Shown: positions 1 to 10,014, counted from the first letter of the stretch. The stretch: 64,000 nucleotides of DNA from Dehalococcoidia bacterium (GCA_964291495.2 OZ219872.1:224001-288000); one strand, 5' to 3'. The notes: generated by a model from the sequence alone, not told the origin. Numbers and translations are program-made.

Positions 1-105
1 CTCGTCGGCGAGCGATCGCCCCTCAGGCACGTACTTGGCGAGGATCTCTTGCGCGCGCCTGATCGCCTTCGCGCGCTCTTCGCGGCTGGTCTTACGTTGT
101 TCCAT
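1..105 (-). CDS. Partial small protein, resembles the C-terminal part of AbrB/VapB-type antitoxins (runs off the window)
   Basis: Manual translation from ATG at 105: MEQRKTSREERAKAIRRAQEILAKYVPEGRSLADE. The AQ..L.KYVPEGRSL.DE pattern recalls antitoxins paired with PIN toxins. Confidence 0.45.
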   Translation of the reverse strand, partial: MEQRKTSREERAKAIRRAQEILAKYVPEGRSLADE

Positions 106-225
106 GTGACGATCGTACCTGCCCGGCGCGCCGCGCGCTCTCCCTACGTCGGATCTGTGCGCGACTCCCTCAGCGGACCAACGTCGGGACCTGAATCGAC
201 GCAATCCAAGCCACCCCACCGCCCC

Positions 226-252
226 CTGGATTCCGGCTTTCGCCGGAATGAC
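226..252 (-). repeat. REP/RPE-like palindrome GTCATTCCGGCGAAAGCCGGAATCCAG
   Basis: Hairpin ATTCCGGC-gaaa-GCCGGAAT just downstream of the Ldh-family gene; near-identical copies at about 30807 and 31239. Confidence 0.8.
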
Positions 253-268
253 GGCTGTATGGAGGTCT

Positions 269-1315
269 CTACACGCCACCCATCCCCGGCAACGGCTCGA
301 TGCCCGTCTGCACCGCGGCGTCCGCGAGGCGCTGCCAGGTGCCGTCGTCGAGGTTGATGCCGTCGCGGCGGCGGCGGTCGCGGTTGCGGCGCTCCAGCTC
401 GCCCGGCACCACGATCTCCTCGACGCCCTCCTGGCGCGGCGTCTCCCGGACGTAGTCGAGGAAGGCGCCGAACACGCCGACGTACTCCGTCGGCTCGCGG
501 AACCGCGCGATGTCCACGGCGATCATTGTGGTGGCGCTGCCCGTGTGCTTGCCCAGCCCCGTCTGCGGCGCAAGCGCGCCCGCCAGCGCCGTCACCGCCA
601 GCGAGAGGCCGAAGCCCTTGTGCCCGGCCGGCCCGCCGAGGGGCAGGATCGCCCCGCCCGCCTCGATCGCCGAGGGGTCGCGCGTGGGGCGGCCCTGCGC
701 GTCGAGCACCAAGTCCGGGGGCAGCTGGTAGCCGGCGGCGTCGGCAACCTTCACCTTGCCGCCCGCGGTCACCGAGGTGGCCATGTCCAGCACGAACGGC
801 TGCTCCGGATCGGGGGTCGGCGCGGCGACGACGATCGGGTTGGTGCCGAGCCGCCCCTCGGCGCCGCCGAAGGGCGCGACGCTGCGGCCCTGGCCCTGCA
901 CCACTGCGATCGCGAGCATGCCCGCGCGCGCCGCCTGCTCGCCGTAGATGCCCATCCGCCCGGTGTGTGAGATCTCCCAGGCGACCGTAATGCCGATGCC
1001 ACCGGCGCGCGCCTTCTCGATCGCCAGGTCCATCGCCTCGCGCCCGACGACCTGGCCGTAGTTCCAGTTTCCACGCAGCAGCGTCGTCGTCTCCGTCTCG
1101 CGCACCACCTTGGAGGTGGCGCCGGGCACGATCAGCCCGGTCTCGATCTGCCCGAGGTACTGCGGCGCGCGGATCACGCCATGCGAGTCGTGGCCCGCGA
1201 GGTTGGAGTCGACCAGGTGGTCGGCCAGCTCGCGCGCGTCGTGCTCGGGGGAGTCGACGGCGAGGAAGATCCGCACGATGAAGTCGTTCAGGGCACTGCT
1301 CTGGACAACGGGCAT
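269..1315 (-). CDS. Ldh_2 family oxidoreductase (malate/L-lactate/ureidoglycolate dehydrogenase)
   Basis: GHDSHG, HTGRMG, GTNP, DMATS and GHKGFGL motifs; ATG at 1315 preceded by GGAGGGAGG. Confidence 0.9.
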   Translation of the reverse strand: MPVVQSSALNDFIVRIFLAVDSPEHDARELADHLVDSNLAGHDSHGVIRAPQYLGQIETGLIVPGATSKVVRETETTTLLRGNWNYGQVVGREAMDLAIEKARAGGIGITVAWEISHTGRMGIYGEQAARAGMLAIAVVQGQGRSVAPFGGAEGRLGTNPIVVAAPTPDPEQPFVLDMATSVTAGGKVKVADAAGYQLPPDLVLDAQGRPTRDPSAIEAGGAILPLGGPAGHKGFGLSLAVTALAGALAPQTGLGKHTGSATTMIAVDIARFREPTEYVGVFGAFLDYVRETPRQEGVEEIVVPGELERRNRDRRRRDGINLDDGTWQRLADAAVQTGIEPLPGMGGV

Positions 1316-1385
1316 CGCGGGCCTCCCTCCGGGGGCGCTGCCCGCGGCCCTTGCCTTCTCGCGGCGGGGCGGCGAGGCTTGCGCC

Positions 1386-1823
1386 ATGAGCGCCGACGAC
1401 CGGCTCGCGATCATCGAGGCGATCCAGCGCTACTCGTACGCCGTCGACAGCCGCGACGCCGAGGCGTACACGGCGCTGTTCAGCATACGCGGCGTCTTCG
1501 AGGTCACCTCGGTCGCGCACCCGGAGCCGTTCATCCACGCCGAGGGCCACGAGGCGATCCTCGAGTGGGTGCGCCCGACGATGGAGCGCTGGGGCGACGC
1601 GCAGACACGCCACAACCAGTGCTGCACGGTCTTCGACGAGCTGTCGGCGGACACGGCGCGCACGCGCACGATGCTGCTCGAGTCCCGGATGCTGCCGGAT
1701 CGACAGATTCCGAGGCCCTGGACGCAGGGCGTCTACACGGACGACTGGGTGCGCGAGCCGGACGGCTGGCGCATCACCCGCCGCGCGCTCCACCTCGACA
1801 TCCCGCCTCGCCCGCAGCGCTGA
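1386..1823 (+). CDS. SnoaL/NTF2-like protein
   Basis: DRLAI.E...RY..AVD, RH, and G.Y.D...R..DGWRI..R motifs. Confidence 0.85.
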   Translation: MSADDRLAIIEAIQRYSYAVDSRDAEAYTALFSIRGVFEVTSVAHPEPFIHAEGHEAILEWVRPTMERWGDAQTRHNQCCTVFDELSADTARTRTMLLESRMLPDRQIPRPWTQGVYTDDWVREPDGWRITRRALHLDIPPRPQR

Positions 1824-1850
1824 GGAGCTGCCGGCGGGCGTGAGAACGGC

Positions 1851-2243
1851 TTAGCCGGCGACGCGCTCAGCCAAGCCCGTTTCGCGGGCCACGGCCGCCG
1901 CCAGCCAGCGGTTGAGGCTCATCCCTTTCTCGGCCGCGAGCATCGCGGCCCGCTGGTGGATGTCCGGACCGATCCGCAGGTACATCTGACCCGAATACTC
2001 CCGCGTCTCGAAGGGCTCGGGGATCAGTTGCCCGTCCTCAAGCATTGTCAGGATGACCCCGCGCAGCGCCTCGCCCGCCATCCCGATGGCCTCGCCGGGG
2101 TCATCGCCTTCGGAGATCACTCCGCTCATCTCAAGTACGCCGGATGTCCAGATCCCGTCCTCGCCGCGCACCGCGGTGAAGGTATAGGGGCGCTCCGCGA
2201 GCTGCCTCGCCCGTTCGCGCATCGCCTTCGTGACTCTAGCCAT
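1851..2243 (-). CDS. hicB: HicB-family antitoxin with C-terminal RHH
   Basis: GVISEGD..EA, IPEP, and YSG...LRI...H..AA..A...G.SLN motifs. Confidence 0.9.
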   Translation of the reverse strand: MARVTKAMRERARQLAERPYTFTAVRGEDGIWTSGVLEMSGVISEGDDPGEAIGMAGEALRGVILTMLEDGQLIPEPFETREYSGQMYLRIGPDIHQRAAMLAAEKGMSLNRWLAAAVARETGLAERVAG

Positions 2244-2476
2244 CGCTCTGCTCCTCCACCTGCAGGGCCGTCCTGATCAGCCTCCGAACAGTTCCCGTGC
2301 CGCGAAGTCGCTGCGGGACGGACAGCCTGTGCGGGCCGTTCTTGTAGTAGTGGTGACCACCCTCCGTGCGGACATGGATCCAGCCCCGCTCCTCGAGCGC
2401 TCGGCGGGAGGTCGCGAGACCTGACGTTTCCGGCTCCGGCGAGCATCCGCCGGAGGTCGTAGTTCCGCCGATTCAT
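2236..2476 (-). pseudogene. hicA: HicA-family toxin with a +1 frameshift (or sequencing error)
   Basis: MNRRNYDLRRMLAGAGNVRSRDL continues as RRALEERGWIHVRTEGGHHYYKNGPHRLSVPQ...QSDG* after removing one base of the C3 run at 2406-2408. The stop overlaps the hicB start. Confidence 0.8.
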
Positions 2477-2494
2477 AGTCGCACTATAGCGACT
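2477..2494 (-). promoter_or_regulatory. Palindrome AGTCGC-N6-GCGACT enclosing a TATAGT -10 box; candidate hicAB operator and leaderless promoter
   Basis: The -10-like hexamer lies 6 nt upstream of the hicA ATG, inside a perfect 6-bp inverted repeat. Confidence 0.5.
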
Positions 2495-2557
2495 GTCACG
2501 GCGCCAGTCACGCACGCCCGTCGCGGTCAGGCGCGCGGCGTGCTTCCCTTGGCGGCG

Positions 2558-3781
2558 ATGAGCGTGACGAATGCGCTGCTCCCGGGCGTCGACGCCGATG
2601 CGCGGCGGATGGTCGCGACGAGGGCGATCCGCTCCCTCGGCGACGGGTTCGCCAGCGTCGCGCTCGCCGCCTACCTGAGCGAGCGCGGCTTCAACGCCTT
2701 CGAGATCGGCGCGCTCGTGACCGTCGCGCTGTTCGGGAAGTCCGTCGCGACGCTGATCGCGGGCTTCGTCGTCGATCACTTCGGGCGGCGGCGCACGCTG
2801 ATGGCCGGGTCGCTGTTCGTGAGTGCGAGCGGCGTCGCGTTCGCCCTCGCCGAGCCGTACTGGCTGCTGCTGGTCGTCGCCTTCTTCGGCACGATGAGCC
2901 CGAGCGCGGGCGACTTCTCGCTGTTCCAGCCGGTCGAGCAGGCGGCGCTGGCGACGACGACCGAGACACGCCGGCGCACCTGGGTCTACGCCCGCTACAC
3001 GCTGTTCGGCTCGCTCGCCTTCGCCCTCGGCTCGCTCGCCAGCGGCGCGGCGGGGCCGGTCGCCGACATCACCGGGGTGGAGCTCGCCACGACGCTGCGC
3101 TGGGCCTTCGCCCTCTACGGGCTGACCGGCATCGCGATGCTCGTCACCTACCGCCCGCTCAGCCCGGCGGTCGAGCTGGAGACCAGCGACAAGGCGCCGC
3201 GCGGCCAGCTGCGGGAGTCGCGAGGCACGGTGTTCCGCCTCTCGAGTCTCTTTGCCGTCGACGCCTTCGGGGGCGGCCTCGCCGTGCAGGCGGTGATGGC
3301 GGTCTGGCTGTTCGATCGCTTCGGCATCTCTATCGAGGAGGCGGCGGTGATCTTCTTCGCGGCGCGGCTGCTCAGCACCTTCTCGCTGCTGCTCGCGCCG
3401 CCGATCACCGCGCGCATCGGCATCATCGAGACGATGGCTTACGCGCACCTGCCGGCGAACATCGCGCTGATGGTCGCCCCGCTGATGCCGACGCTGCCGC
3501 TGGTCCTCGTGGCGTTGTTCGTGCGGCAGGCGCTCTCGCCGATCGACATCGCGCCGCGCACGACGCTGATCGTCTCGGTCGTCTCGCCCGAGGAGCGCGC
3601 GCCCGCGGCGAGCGTCACGAACGTGGTGCGCACGCTCTCCGCCGCGGCAAGCCCCGCGCTCGGCGGCGCCCTGCTCTCGGTGGGTCCGTGGGGGCTGCCG
3701 CTGCTCGTGGGCGGCGCGCTCAAGGCTGGCTACGACGCCGCCCTGCTCGTCGTGTTCCGCCGCATCCAGCTCCGCGACTAA
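2558..3781 (+). CDS. MFS transporter
   Basis: About 12 hydrophobic segments; motif A (G...DHFGRRR). Confidence 0.9.
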   Translation: MSVTNALLPGVDADARRMVATRAIRSLGDGFASVALAAYLSERGFNAFEIGALVTVALFGKSVATLIAGFVVDHFGRRRTLMAGSLFVSASGVAFALAEPYWLLLVVAFFGTMSPSAGDFSLFQPVEQAALATTTETRRRTWVYARYTLFGSLAFALGSLASGAAGPVADITGVELATTLRWAFALYGLTGIAMLVTYRPLSPAVELETSDKAPRGQLRESRGTVFRLSSLFAVDAFGGGLAVQAVMAVWLFDRFGISIEEAAVIFFAARLLSTFSLLLAPPITARIGIIETMAYAHLPANIALMVAPLMPTLPLVLVALFVRQALSPIDIAPRTTLIVSVVSPEERAPAASVTNVVRTLSAAASPALGGALLSVGPWGLPLLVGGALKAGYDAALLVVFRRIQLRD

Positions 3782-4746
3782 CCGGCCGAGGGCGCAAGCG
3801 CCCGGGCGACCCGCTCGAAGTCCGGCAGGCGGGGCAGCAGCAACGCCTCCGCCACGCCGGCGGCGCGGTACTCCTCGATCCGCTCCCGGCAGCGCTCCGC
3901 GTCGCCGAGCAGCACGAAGGCTTCGACGAGCGCGTCGTCGACGAGGCGCGCAGCCTCGGACGGGCCTGCCGAGGCGATCGTCTCGCGCAGGCGGGGGGCG
4001 AGCGCCGGGTCGAAGCCGCCCCACTCGAGCAGCACTTCGCCGGTGAACGCCTCGGCGAGCAGGCTGGCGAGCCGTTCGCGGAGTTGCGGGAGCAGCTCGT
4101 CGGGCCGGTCCGTGAGGCGCACGACGAGCATGCAGGCGATCCGCACGGCGTCGGGGTCGCGGCCCGCCTCGCGGGCGGCGTCGCGCACCTCGGCGACGGC
4201 GCGGCGCACGTAGTCGGCCGGGGCGTAGGCGTTGAGCACCACGCCGTCGGCGACGGCTCCCGCGAGGCGCAGCGCCCGAGGGCCGATCGCGGCGACGTAG
4301 ATCGGCACACGTTCGCTGCTCGGCGTCAGCGCAAGCCGCACGCCCTCGACGGGCTCGCCGGAGAGCAGCGCGCGCACCGACTCGACGGCCTCGCGCAGGC
4401 GCTCGCGCGGGCGGCCGTAGGGGATGCCGAGAGCGCCCTCGATGACCTCGCGCTCACTGCGGCCGAGGCCGAGGATGAGTCGGCCGCCGGAGAGGTGATC
4501 GAGCGTGGCCGCGGCCATCGCCAGCAGCGCCGGCGGGCGCGTGTAGGGATTGACCACGCCGACGCCGAGGTCGATCCGCTCCGTCCCCGCCGCGAGGAAG
4601 CCGAGCAGCGCGGCGGTCTCCTCGTGGAAGTAGCGCTCGGTGACCCACAGCGAGTCGTAGCCGAGGCGCTCCGTGAGCTGCCCGTAGCCGCGCAACTGCG
4701 CGCCGTCCTCGATGCCGTGGTGCAGCACCATGCCAAGCTGTGACAT
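3778..4746 (-). CDS. LLM-class flavin/F420-dependent oxidoreductase (Mer-like)
   Basis: GYDSLWV.E, T.RI.LG.GV.NPYTR.P, SGGR.ILGLG and ADGV motifs. Confidence 0.9.
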   Translation of the reverse strand: MSQLGMVLHHGIEDGAQLRGYGQLTERLGYDSLWVTERYFHEETAALLGFLAAGTERIDLGVGVVNPYTRPPALLAMAAATLDHLSGGRLILGLGRSEREVIEGALGIPYGRPRERLREAVESVRALLSGEPVEGVRLALTPSSERVPIYVAAIGPRALRLAGAVADGVVLNAYAPADYVRRAVAEVRDAAREAGRDPDAVRIACMLVVRLTDRPDELLPQLRERLASLLAEAFTGEVLLEWGGFDPALAPRLRETIASAGPSEAARLVDDALVEAFVLLGDAERCRERIEEYRAAGVAEALLLPRLPDFERVARALAPSAG

Positions 4747-4856
4747 CGCCGCTCCCCTCGCTCCGAGGGTCGCGCAGCCATCGAGGGCGGGTCAACGCGT
4801 CGCGCTGCCTCATGCGCGCGGGAGCGCTACCATCCGCGGTGGGGACGGGGTGCGGC

Positions 4857-5243
4857 ATGGCGCTATCGGCAGCGGACCGACTCGAGATCCTCGATCTCGC
4901 GGCGCGCTACAACCACCTCATGGACGGCCGCGACGCTGAGGGCTGGGCGGACTGCTTCACGCCGGACGGGGTCTTCGATGGCGGCCCGCGCCTCGAGGCA
5001 AGGGGCCGCGACGAGCTGGTCGCGTTCATGGAGCGGCTGATCGCGCGTGACCTGCCCGCCGTCCACTGGACGAACAACATCGTCATCGAGGGCTCGGGGG
5101 ACAGCGCGAGCATGACGCTCTACCTGCTCGTGATAGAGCTTCGGGACGGGCCGCGCGCGACACACTTCGGCGTCTACCACGACGAGCTGGTACGGACGGC
5201 GGAGGGCTGGCGTTTCCAGAGGCGCCGCCTCGGTCACCGCTGA
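4857..5243 (+). CDS. SnoaL/NTF2-like protein
   Basis: DRLEI.DL.ARY, FT.DG, and G.Y.DELVRT.EGWRF motifs. Confidence 0.85.
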   Translation: MALSAADRLEILDLAARYNHLMDGRDAEGWADCFTPDGVFDGGPRLEARGRDELVAFMERLIARDLPAVHWTNNIVIEGSGDSASMTLYLLVIELRDGPRATHFGVYHDELVRTAEGWRFQRRRLGHR

Positions 5244-5268
5244 GAGGCATGCACGCGGGAGAGGACTT

Positions 5269-5709
5269 GTGATGCAGGCTGAGACGCAGACCGCCGACCG
5301 GCTCGCGATCCTGGAGCAGATCGCGCGCTACTCCTACGCCTGGGACGACCGCGACCTCGAGGCCTACGTCGCGCTCTTCGCCGCGGACGCCGCCTTCGTG
5401 GTCGACCCGGAGCTGCCCGGCGGGCCGAGCGTGGACGCGCATGGCCACGAGGCGATCCGCGCCTGGGCGAGCGAGCGCATGGACGCGCGCGCGCCCGGCG
5501 TGCAGGTGCGGCACCACCAGAGCGGGACGCTCTTCGAGGAGCTGGACGGGGACCGGGCGCGCACGCGCACGATGCTGCTCACCTCGCGGGTGGGGCCGGA
5601 CGGCGAGCCGCCCAGCAGCGGCGTCTACTACGACGAGTGGCGCCGCACCAGCGAGGGCTGGCGATTCGCCAGCCGCACCCTGCGTCACGACTTCCCGGGG
5701 ATGTTCTGA
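5269..5709 (+). CDS. SnoaL/NTF2-like protein
   Basis: Close paralog of 1386-1823 (GHEAI, ARTRTML, GWR). Confidence 0.85.
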   Translation: MMQAETQTADRLAILEQIARYSYAWDDRDLEAYVALFAADAAFVVDPELPGGPSVDAHGHEAIRAWASERMDARAPGVQVRHHQSGTLFEELDGDRARTRTMLLTSRVGPDGEPPSSGVYYDEWRRTSEGWRFASRTLRHDFPGMF

Positions 5710-5768
5710 GGGCTCACGCCGCCTCGGCGCCGCCCGCGCGCCGCCTCGCCATCGCATAGGATCGATCG

Positions 5769-8700
5769 GTGCTGCCGATTGGACCGCTGGTCGCCCTGGC
5801 GCTGGGCAGTCTCCGCGAGCAGTGGCATATCACGCTCGCGCTGCTGCTCGGCGCGCTGCTGCTGAGCGGCGCGCTCGCGGCGGTCCCGATCACCCACGAG
5901 CGGCTGCGCGACGTCGCGCTGCGCGATTCGCTGGCGACGGCCCCGCCCGGTGCGCTCGAGCTGCGCGTCAGCCGCGACGGGATCGCCCTCGACCGCGTCG
6001 CCTACCTCGACGCGCAGGCCGCCCTCGACCAGGCCGTCGCCGCTGCGCTCGGCGACGCGATCGCCGGGCAGACGCGCACCGGCGCCACGGGTGTGCTCTC
6101 GCTCGCCACCGTGCGCGGGGGCGACGGCCCGTTCCCCGATGCCGTCGACGAGACGCTCGGGCCGGCCGCGCTGCGCTTCCGCTCGGACCTCGAAGCGCAC
6201 GTCACGCTGCTGGAGGGGCGCTTCCCCGCGGCGCTTCCCCGCGGCGTCGGCGATCCGGTACCGGTGCTGGTCGCCCGCGGCAGCGCGCGCGAGGCGGGCC
6301 TGACGCCGGGCCAGGAGCTGGTGCTGATTCCGCGCTCCTCGATCACGGCAAGGTTCCCGATCGTGATCGCCGGCATCGCCGAGCCTCGCGACCCGGCGAG
6401 CCCGTACTGGAGCGGGCGACCCGGCGTGCTCGAGCAGACGACGAGCGGTGCGTTCTCCCTGTTCGTTCCGGAGACGACCTTCTTCGGCGCGCTGCCCGAC
6501 GTGCTGAGCGGGGCGAGCGCCGCGCTCGACTCGACCTACGCCGTGGACCCGGCCGCGATCCAGACCGGCGATGTCTCGGAGATCGCGGCGCGCGTCCGCG
6601 GACTGCCGCGGCAGCTCGCCGCCCTCGGGGGCGCCGAGGTCGAGAGCAGCCTCCCGCACGCGATCGAGAATGCGGCCGACCTGCCGGGCTTCGACCTGCC
6701 TGCGCTCGCGCTGCGCTTCGGGCAGATCGCTGCCGCTCTCGGGGTGCTCGTCTTCGGCGCGGCCTCGTTGCTCGCGCGGCGGCGCGAGCGACTGCGCGCC
6801 GGGCTGCGGCTGACCGGCTCGTCGCGCAACCAGATCGCCGCCGTCGAGCTGATCGCCGCCCTGCCTGCGGCGCTGCTCGCGCTCGTGGCCGGAGCGCCCG
6901 TGGCGGCGCTCGCCCTCGCCGCCCTCGGCCGCCTCGAGGGCTTCGAAGCGCTCGGCAGCTCCTTCGCGGTGACCCTCCAGCGCGACCTGCCGTGGGCGGG
7001 CGCGGGTGCGCTGGCGGTGCTCGTCCTGACCGTCACGGCGTCGGCCGCCGCGAACCGTGGGGTCGGCAGCCGCGGCGCCTGGCTGACGGCGGCGGCCGTG
7101 GGCGGCGGCGCGCTGTTCTGGGCGCTCACGCGCCACGAGACGCTGTTCGAGGGCGCGACGGTGCGCTACGCGCTGCTGCTCGCGCCCGCGGCGCTACTTG
7201 CGCCGGCGACGCTCCTCGCCTGGCGGCTCGTACCGCTGATCGTGCGGCTGCTCGCGCGGCCGGCGGCGTTCGCGCGAGGGATCGCGCTGATCGGCGGCCT
7301 GCGAGGCGTCGCGCGCCAACCGCTCGGGGTCGTCTTCCCGCTCGTGGTGCTTGCGGCTGCCGTCGCGGTGTTGCTCGCGGCGCTGCCCGGCACGCTCGAA
7401 CGCTCGCCCGCCGATCGCGCGGCGCACGCCGCCGGAGGCGATCTGCGCGCGAGCGGCTTCGCCGGCCTCGAGGGTGCGGGCGAGGCGGAGCGCCGGTCGG
7501 CGATCTTCGGCGCGGGCATGGACGCGGCCACACCGCTGGTGCGCGCCAGCGGCGTGCTCAGCCGCGAGGGCGCGAGCATGCCGATCGAGGTGCTCGGCAT
7601 CGACCCGGCCACCTTCCAGACCGTCGCGCACATGCGATCGGACCTCACCGCGGACCCGCTGCCATCCATCCTCTCCGCCCTCAGCGCGAACACGGCCGCC
7701 CTCGAAGGGCGCCCCATCCCGGCGGACACCCGCCAACTCGGCGCATGGGTGAGGCTTACGGACACGAGCGGCGAGGTGCGCATCGCGCTCTCGCTGCGCA
7801 ACGCCAAGGGACGCTACGTGCAGCTGATGCTGGGCGTCACCGACGCCGACCCCGGCCTCGGGCGCTGGAGGTTCCACGCGGCCGATCTTGAGACGCCGCT
7901 CGATCCCGAGGGCGCCGCCATCGCAAGCGCCTCACTCGCCGGGCCGCTCACGCTGCACGGCTACTACCTGCTGCTCGGCGATGCGGCCGCCGCGACGCCC
8001 GGCAGCGCGCTGCTCGGACCGGTGCTCGCCACGCCGGATCCGCCGGCCGCGCCGCGCGACAGCGTCGGCCTCCTCAAGAGCGCCGGCGAGGCGTTCGGGC
8101 AGCGCTCGATCGTTTACGGCATGGTCAGCCTCGAGGACCTCGAACCGATGACGGGCTTCGCCGCCGGCGGAGCGCAGGTGATCGCGCGGAGCACCCGCGC
8201 CGCTCCGCCCGGCATTCGCGGATCGCAGCACCTGGACTGGGGCGTCGCGGATGAGGCGGGCGCGTCCGCGATGCGCGGACTGCGTCAGAAGACGGACGGC
8301 GCGCCCGTGCTCGTCTACGCCTCGCGCGCCGCGGTCGAGGAGCTTGCGATCGAGCCGGGCGAGGAGCTGACGCTCACCGTTGGCGGGGAGGACCTGCGCG
8401 CGCAGCTGGCGGGCGCGCTGGAGGGCTTCCCGACGTTCGCGGCCGGCTCGTCCTTCGTCGTCGCGGGCCTGGACCGGCTGCTGGCCGGGGTCAACGCCTC
8501 TCCACGCGCCGATCCGCTGGCGACGAACGAGGCATGGTTCGCCAGCGGCGCGCCGGCGCGCGCCGCCCCCGAGCTTCGCGGCGCGCCGCTCGAGGCGGGC
8601 ACGGTGATCGAGCGCGAATCGATGCGCGCCGCCCTCGGCAGGGAGCAGGCCGCGGCGCTCGGTTGGCGCACCGTGCTCACGCTCGCCTTCGGCACGTTGG

Positions 8701-9098
8701 TCATCGCGGCGCTTGCGGGCGTGCTGCTCGACATCGCGATGCGCCGGGAGCAGCGCGAAGCCGAGCATGCGGCGATCGACGCGCTTGGCGGCAGGGCAAC
8801 GGGCTGGCTCGGCGGGGTCGCTGGCGAGACGCTGATCCGCCTCGGCGCCGCGGCTGCGGTGGGCGTGGCCGGCGGCATCGTGTTGGCGCGCTGGCTGCTC
8901 GCGATCCTCGCGCGCGACGCGAGCGCGAGGCTGATCGAGCCGCCGCTGCGCTTGCAACTGGAGCCCGCGCCGCTCTGGATCGCCGCCGCCGCGCTCGCGG
9001 CGGGCGTCGTTGTGACCGTGACCACGGCGGCGCTACGGTATCGAGGGCGCGTCGTGCGGCCGGCGGCGGCCCGCGCCGTGCCCGCCGGGGAGGCCTGA
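5769..9098 (+). CDS. FtsX/MacB-like ABC transporter permease
   Basis: Two large extracytoplasmic regions each followed by TM clusters; directly upstream of two ABC ATPase genes. Confidence 0.7.
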   Translation: MLPIGPLVALALGSLREQWHITLALLLGALLLSGALAAVPITHERLRDVALRDSLATAPPGALELRVSRDGIALDRVAYLDAQAALDQAVAAALGDAIAGQTRTGATGVLSLATVRGGDGPFPDAVDETLGPAALRFRSDLEAHVTLLEGRFPAALPRGVGDPVPVLVARGSAREAGLTPGQELVLIPRSSITARFPIVIAGIAEPRDPASPYWSGRPGVLEQTTSGAFSLFVPETTFFGALPDVLSGASAALDSTYAVDPAAIQTGDVSEIAARVRGLPRQLAALGGAEVESSLPHAIENAADLPGFDLPALALRFGQIAAALGVLVFGAASLLARRRERLRAGLRLTGSSRNQIAAVELIAALPAALLALVAGAPVAALALAALGRLEGFEALGSSFAVTLQRDLPWAGAGALAVLVLTVTASAAANRGVGSRGAWLTAAAVGGGALFWALTRHETLFEGATVRYALLLAPAALLAPATLLAWRLVPLIVRLLARPAAFARGIALIGGLRGVARQPLGVVFPLVVLAAAVAVLLAALPGTLERSPADRAAHAAGGDLRASGFAGLEGAGEAERRSAIFGAGMDAATPLVRASGVLSREGASMPIEVLGIDPATFQTVAHMRSDLTADPLPSILSALSANTAALEGRPIPADTRQLGAWVRLTDTSGEVRIALSLRNAKGRYVQLMLGVTDADPGLGRWRFHAADLETPLDPEGAAIASASLAGPLTLHGYYLLLGDAAAATPGSALLGPVLATPDPPAAPRDSVGLLKSAGEAFGQRSIVYGMVSLEDLEPMTGFAAGGAQVIARSTRAAPPGIRGSQHLDWGVADEAGASAMRGLRQKTDGAPVLVYASRAAVEELAIEPGEELTLTVGGEDLRAQLAGALEGFPTFAAGSSFVVAGLDRLLAGVNASPRADPLATNEAWFASGAPARAAPELRGAPLEAGTVIERESMRAALGREQAAALGWRTVLTLAFGTLVIAALAGVLLDIAMRREQREAEHAAIDALGGRATGWLGGVAGETLIRLGAAAAVGVAGGIVLARWLLAILARDASARLIEPPLRLQLEPAPLWIAAAALAAGVVVTVTTAALRYRGRVVRPAAARAVPAGEA

Positions 9099-9099
9099 G

Positions 9100-10014
9100 A
9101 TGGCCGCAGCAGCAGAGCCGATCGCCGACGTGGGCCTCGCGAGCCACGTCGAGTGCAGCGGACTCACGCTGGAGGCCGCGAACGGGCGCGGATTCGCCCT
9201 CCGGGAGCTGTCCTTCACGCTCGAACGCGGCGCGCTGCGACCGCTGCTCGGCCCCGCCGGCGCGGGCAAGAGCGCGCTGCTGCGCGTGATCGCCGGGCTC
9301 GTCCGCCCGCACTCGGGACGCGTCCGTGTCGACGGCCTCGAGCTCTCGCTCGCGAGCGATGCGGAACTGCGCGAGTTGCGCCGCGGCTCGGTCGCTCTCG
9401 CGAGCAGCGCCGGCCCGGCGCTCCGGGGCAGCGTCACCTCGAACGTCGAGCTGCCGCTCCGGCTGACTGGCGTCCCGGTGGGTCGCGCCCGGCGGCGCGC
9501 CGCCGATCTGCTGGCGCTCGCCGGCCTCGATGAGATGGCGGCCGTGCGCGCGGAGCGGCTGCCGCCGCTTGCCTCGATCCGGACGGCGATCGCCGTCGCG
9601 CTGGCGCACGAGCCGGGCCTGCTCCTGCTGGACGAGCCGGCGGCCGCGCTGAACCTGGACGAGCGCGAGGAGCTGATCGACGTGCTGCGGCGGCTGCACC
9701 GCAACCTGGGACTGACGATCCTCATCGCCACCCGCGACGCCTCCCTCGCCCGGCGGGTCGGCGGCGAGGCGCGGATGCGCGAGGGCCGGATCATCTCGGA
9801 GCTGGTGCGCCGCTCCGCCTTCTCCCGCGGCGAGGGCGAGCGCACCGACGAGCTCGCCATCCTCGACCGCGAGGGACGCGTCGAGATCGCGCCGGCCGAG
9901 CGCGAGGCGCTCGGCATCGGGCGGCGCGCGCGCGTCACGAACGAGGGCGACCACGTCGGCGTCTGGCCCGACCGCCCGCCGCCGGACCCGCGGCCACCCT
10001 GGAGACGCCGGTGA
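9100..10014 (+). CDS. ABC ATP-binding protein (degenerate signature) with AbrB-like C-terminal extension
   Basis: Walker A GPAGAGKS, Walker B LLLLDEP; tail ILDREGRVEI...LGI. Confidence 0.8.
   Translation: MAAAAEPIADVGLASHVECSGLTLEAANGRGFALRELSFTLERGALRPLLGPAGAGKSALLRVIAGLVRPHSGRVRVDGLELSLASDAELRELRRGSVALASSAGPALRGSVTSNVELPLRLTGVPVGRARRRAADLLALAGLDEMAAVRAERLPPLASIRTAIAVALAHEPGLLLLDEPAAALNLDEREELIDVLRRLHRNLGLTILIATRDASLARRVGGEARMREGRIISELVRRSAFSRGEGERTDELAILDREGRVEIAPAEREALGIGRRARVTNEGDHVGVWPDRPPPDPRPPWRRR

Noticed and set aside
1835-2520. 8-bp inverted repeat (CGGGCGTG/CACGCCCG) flanking hicAB as element ends
   Set aside because: Too short and GC-rich to be significant; no transposase or target duplication.
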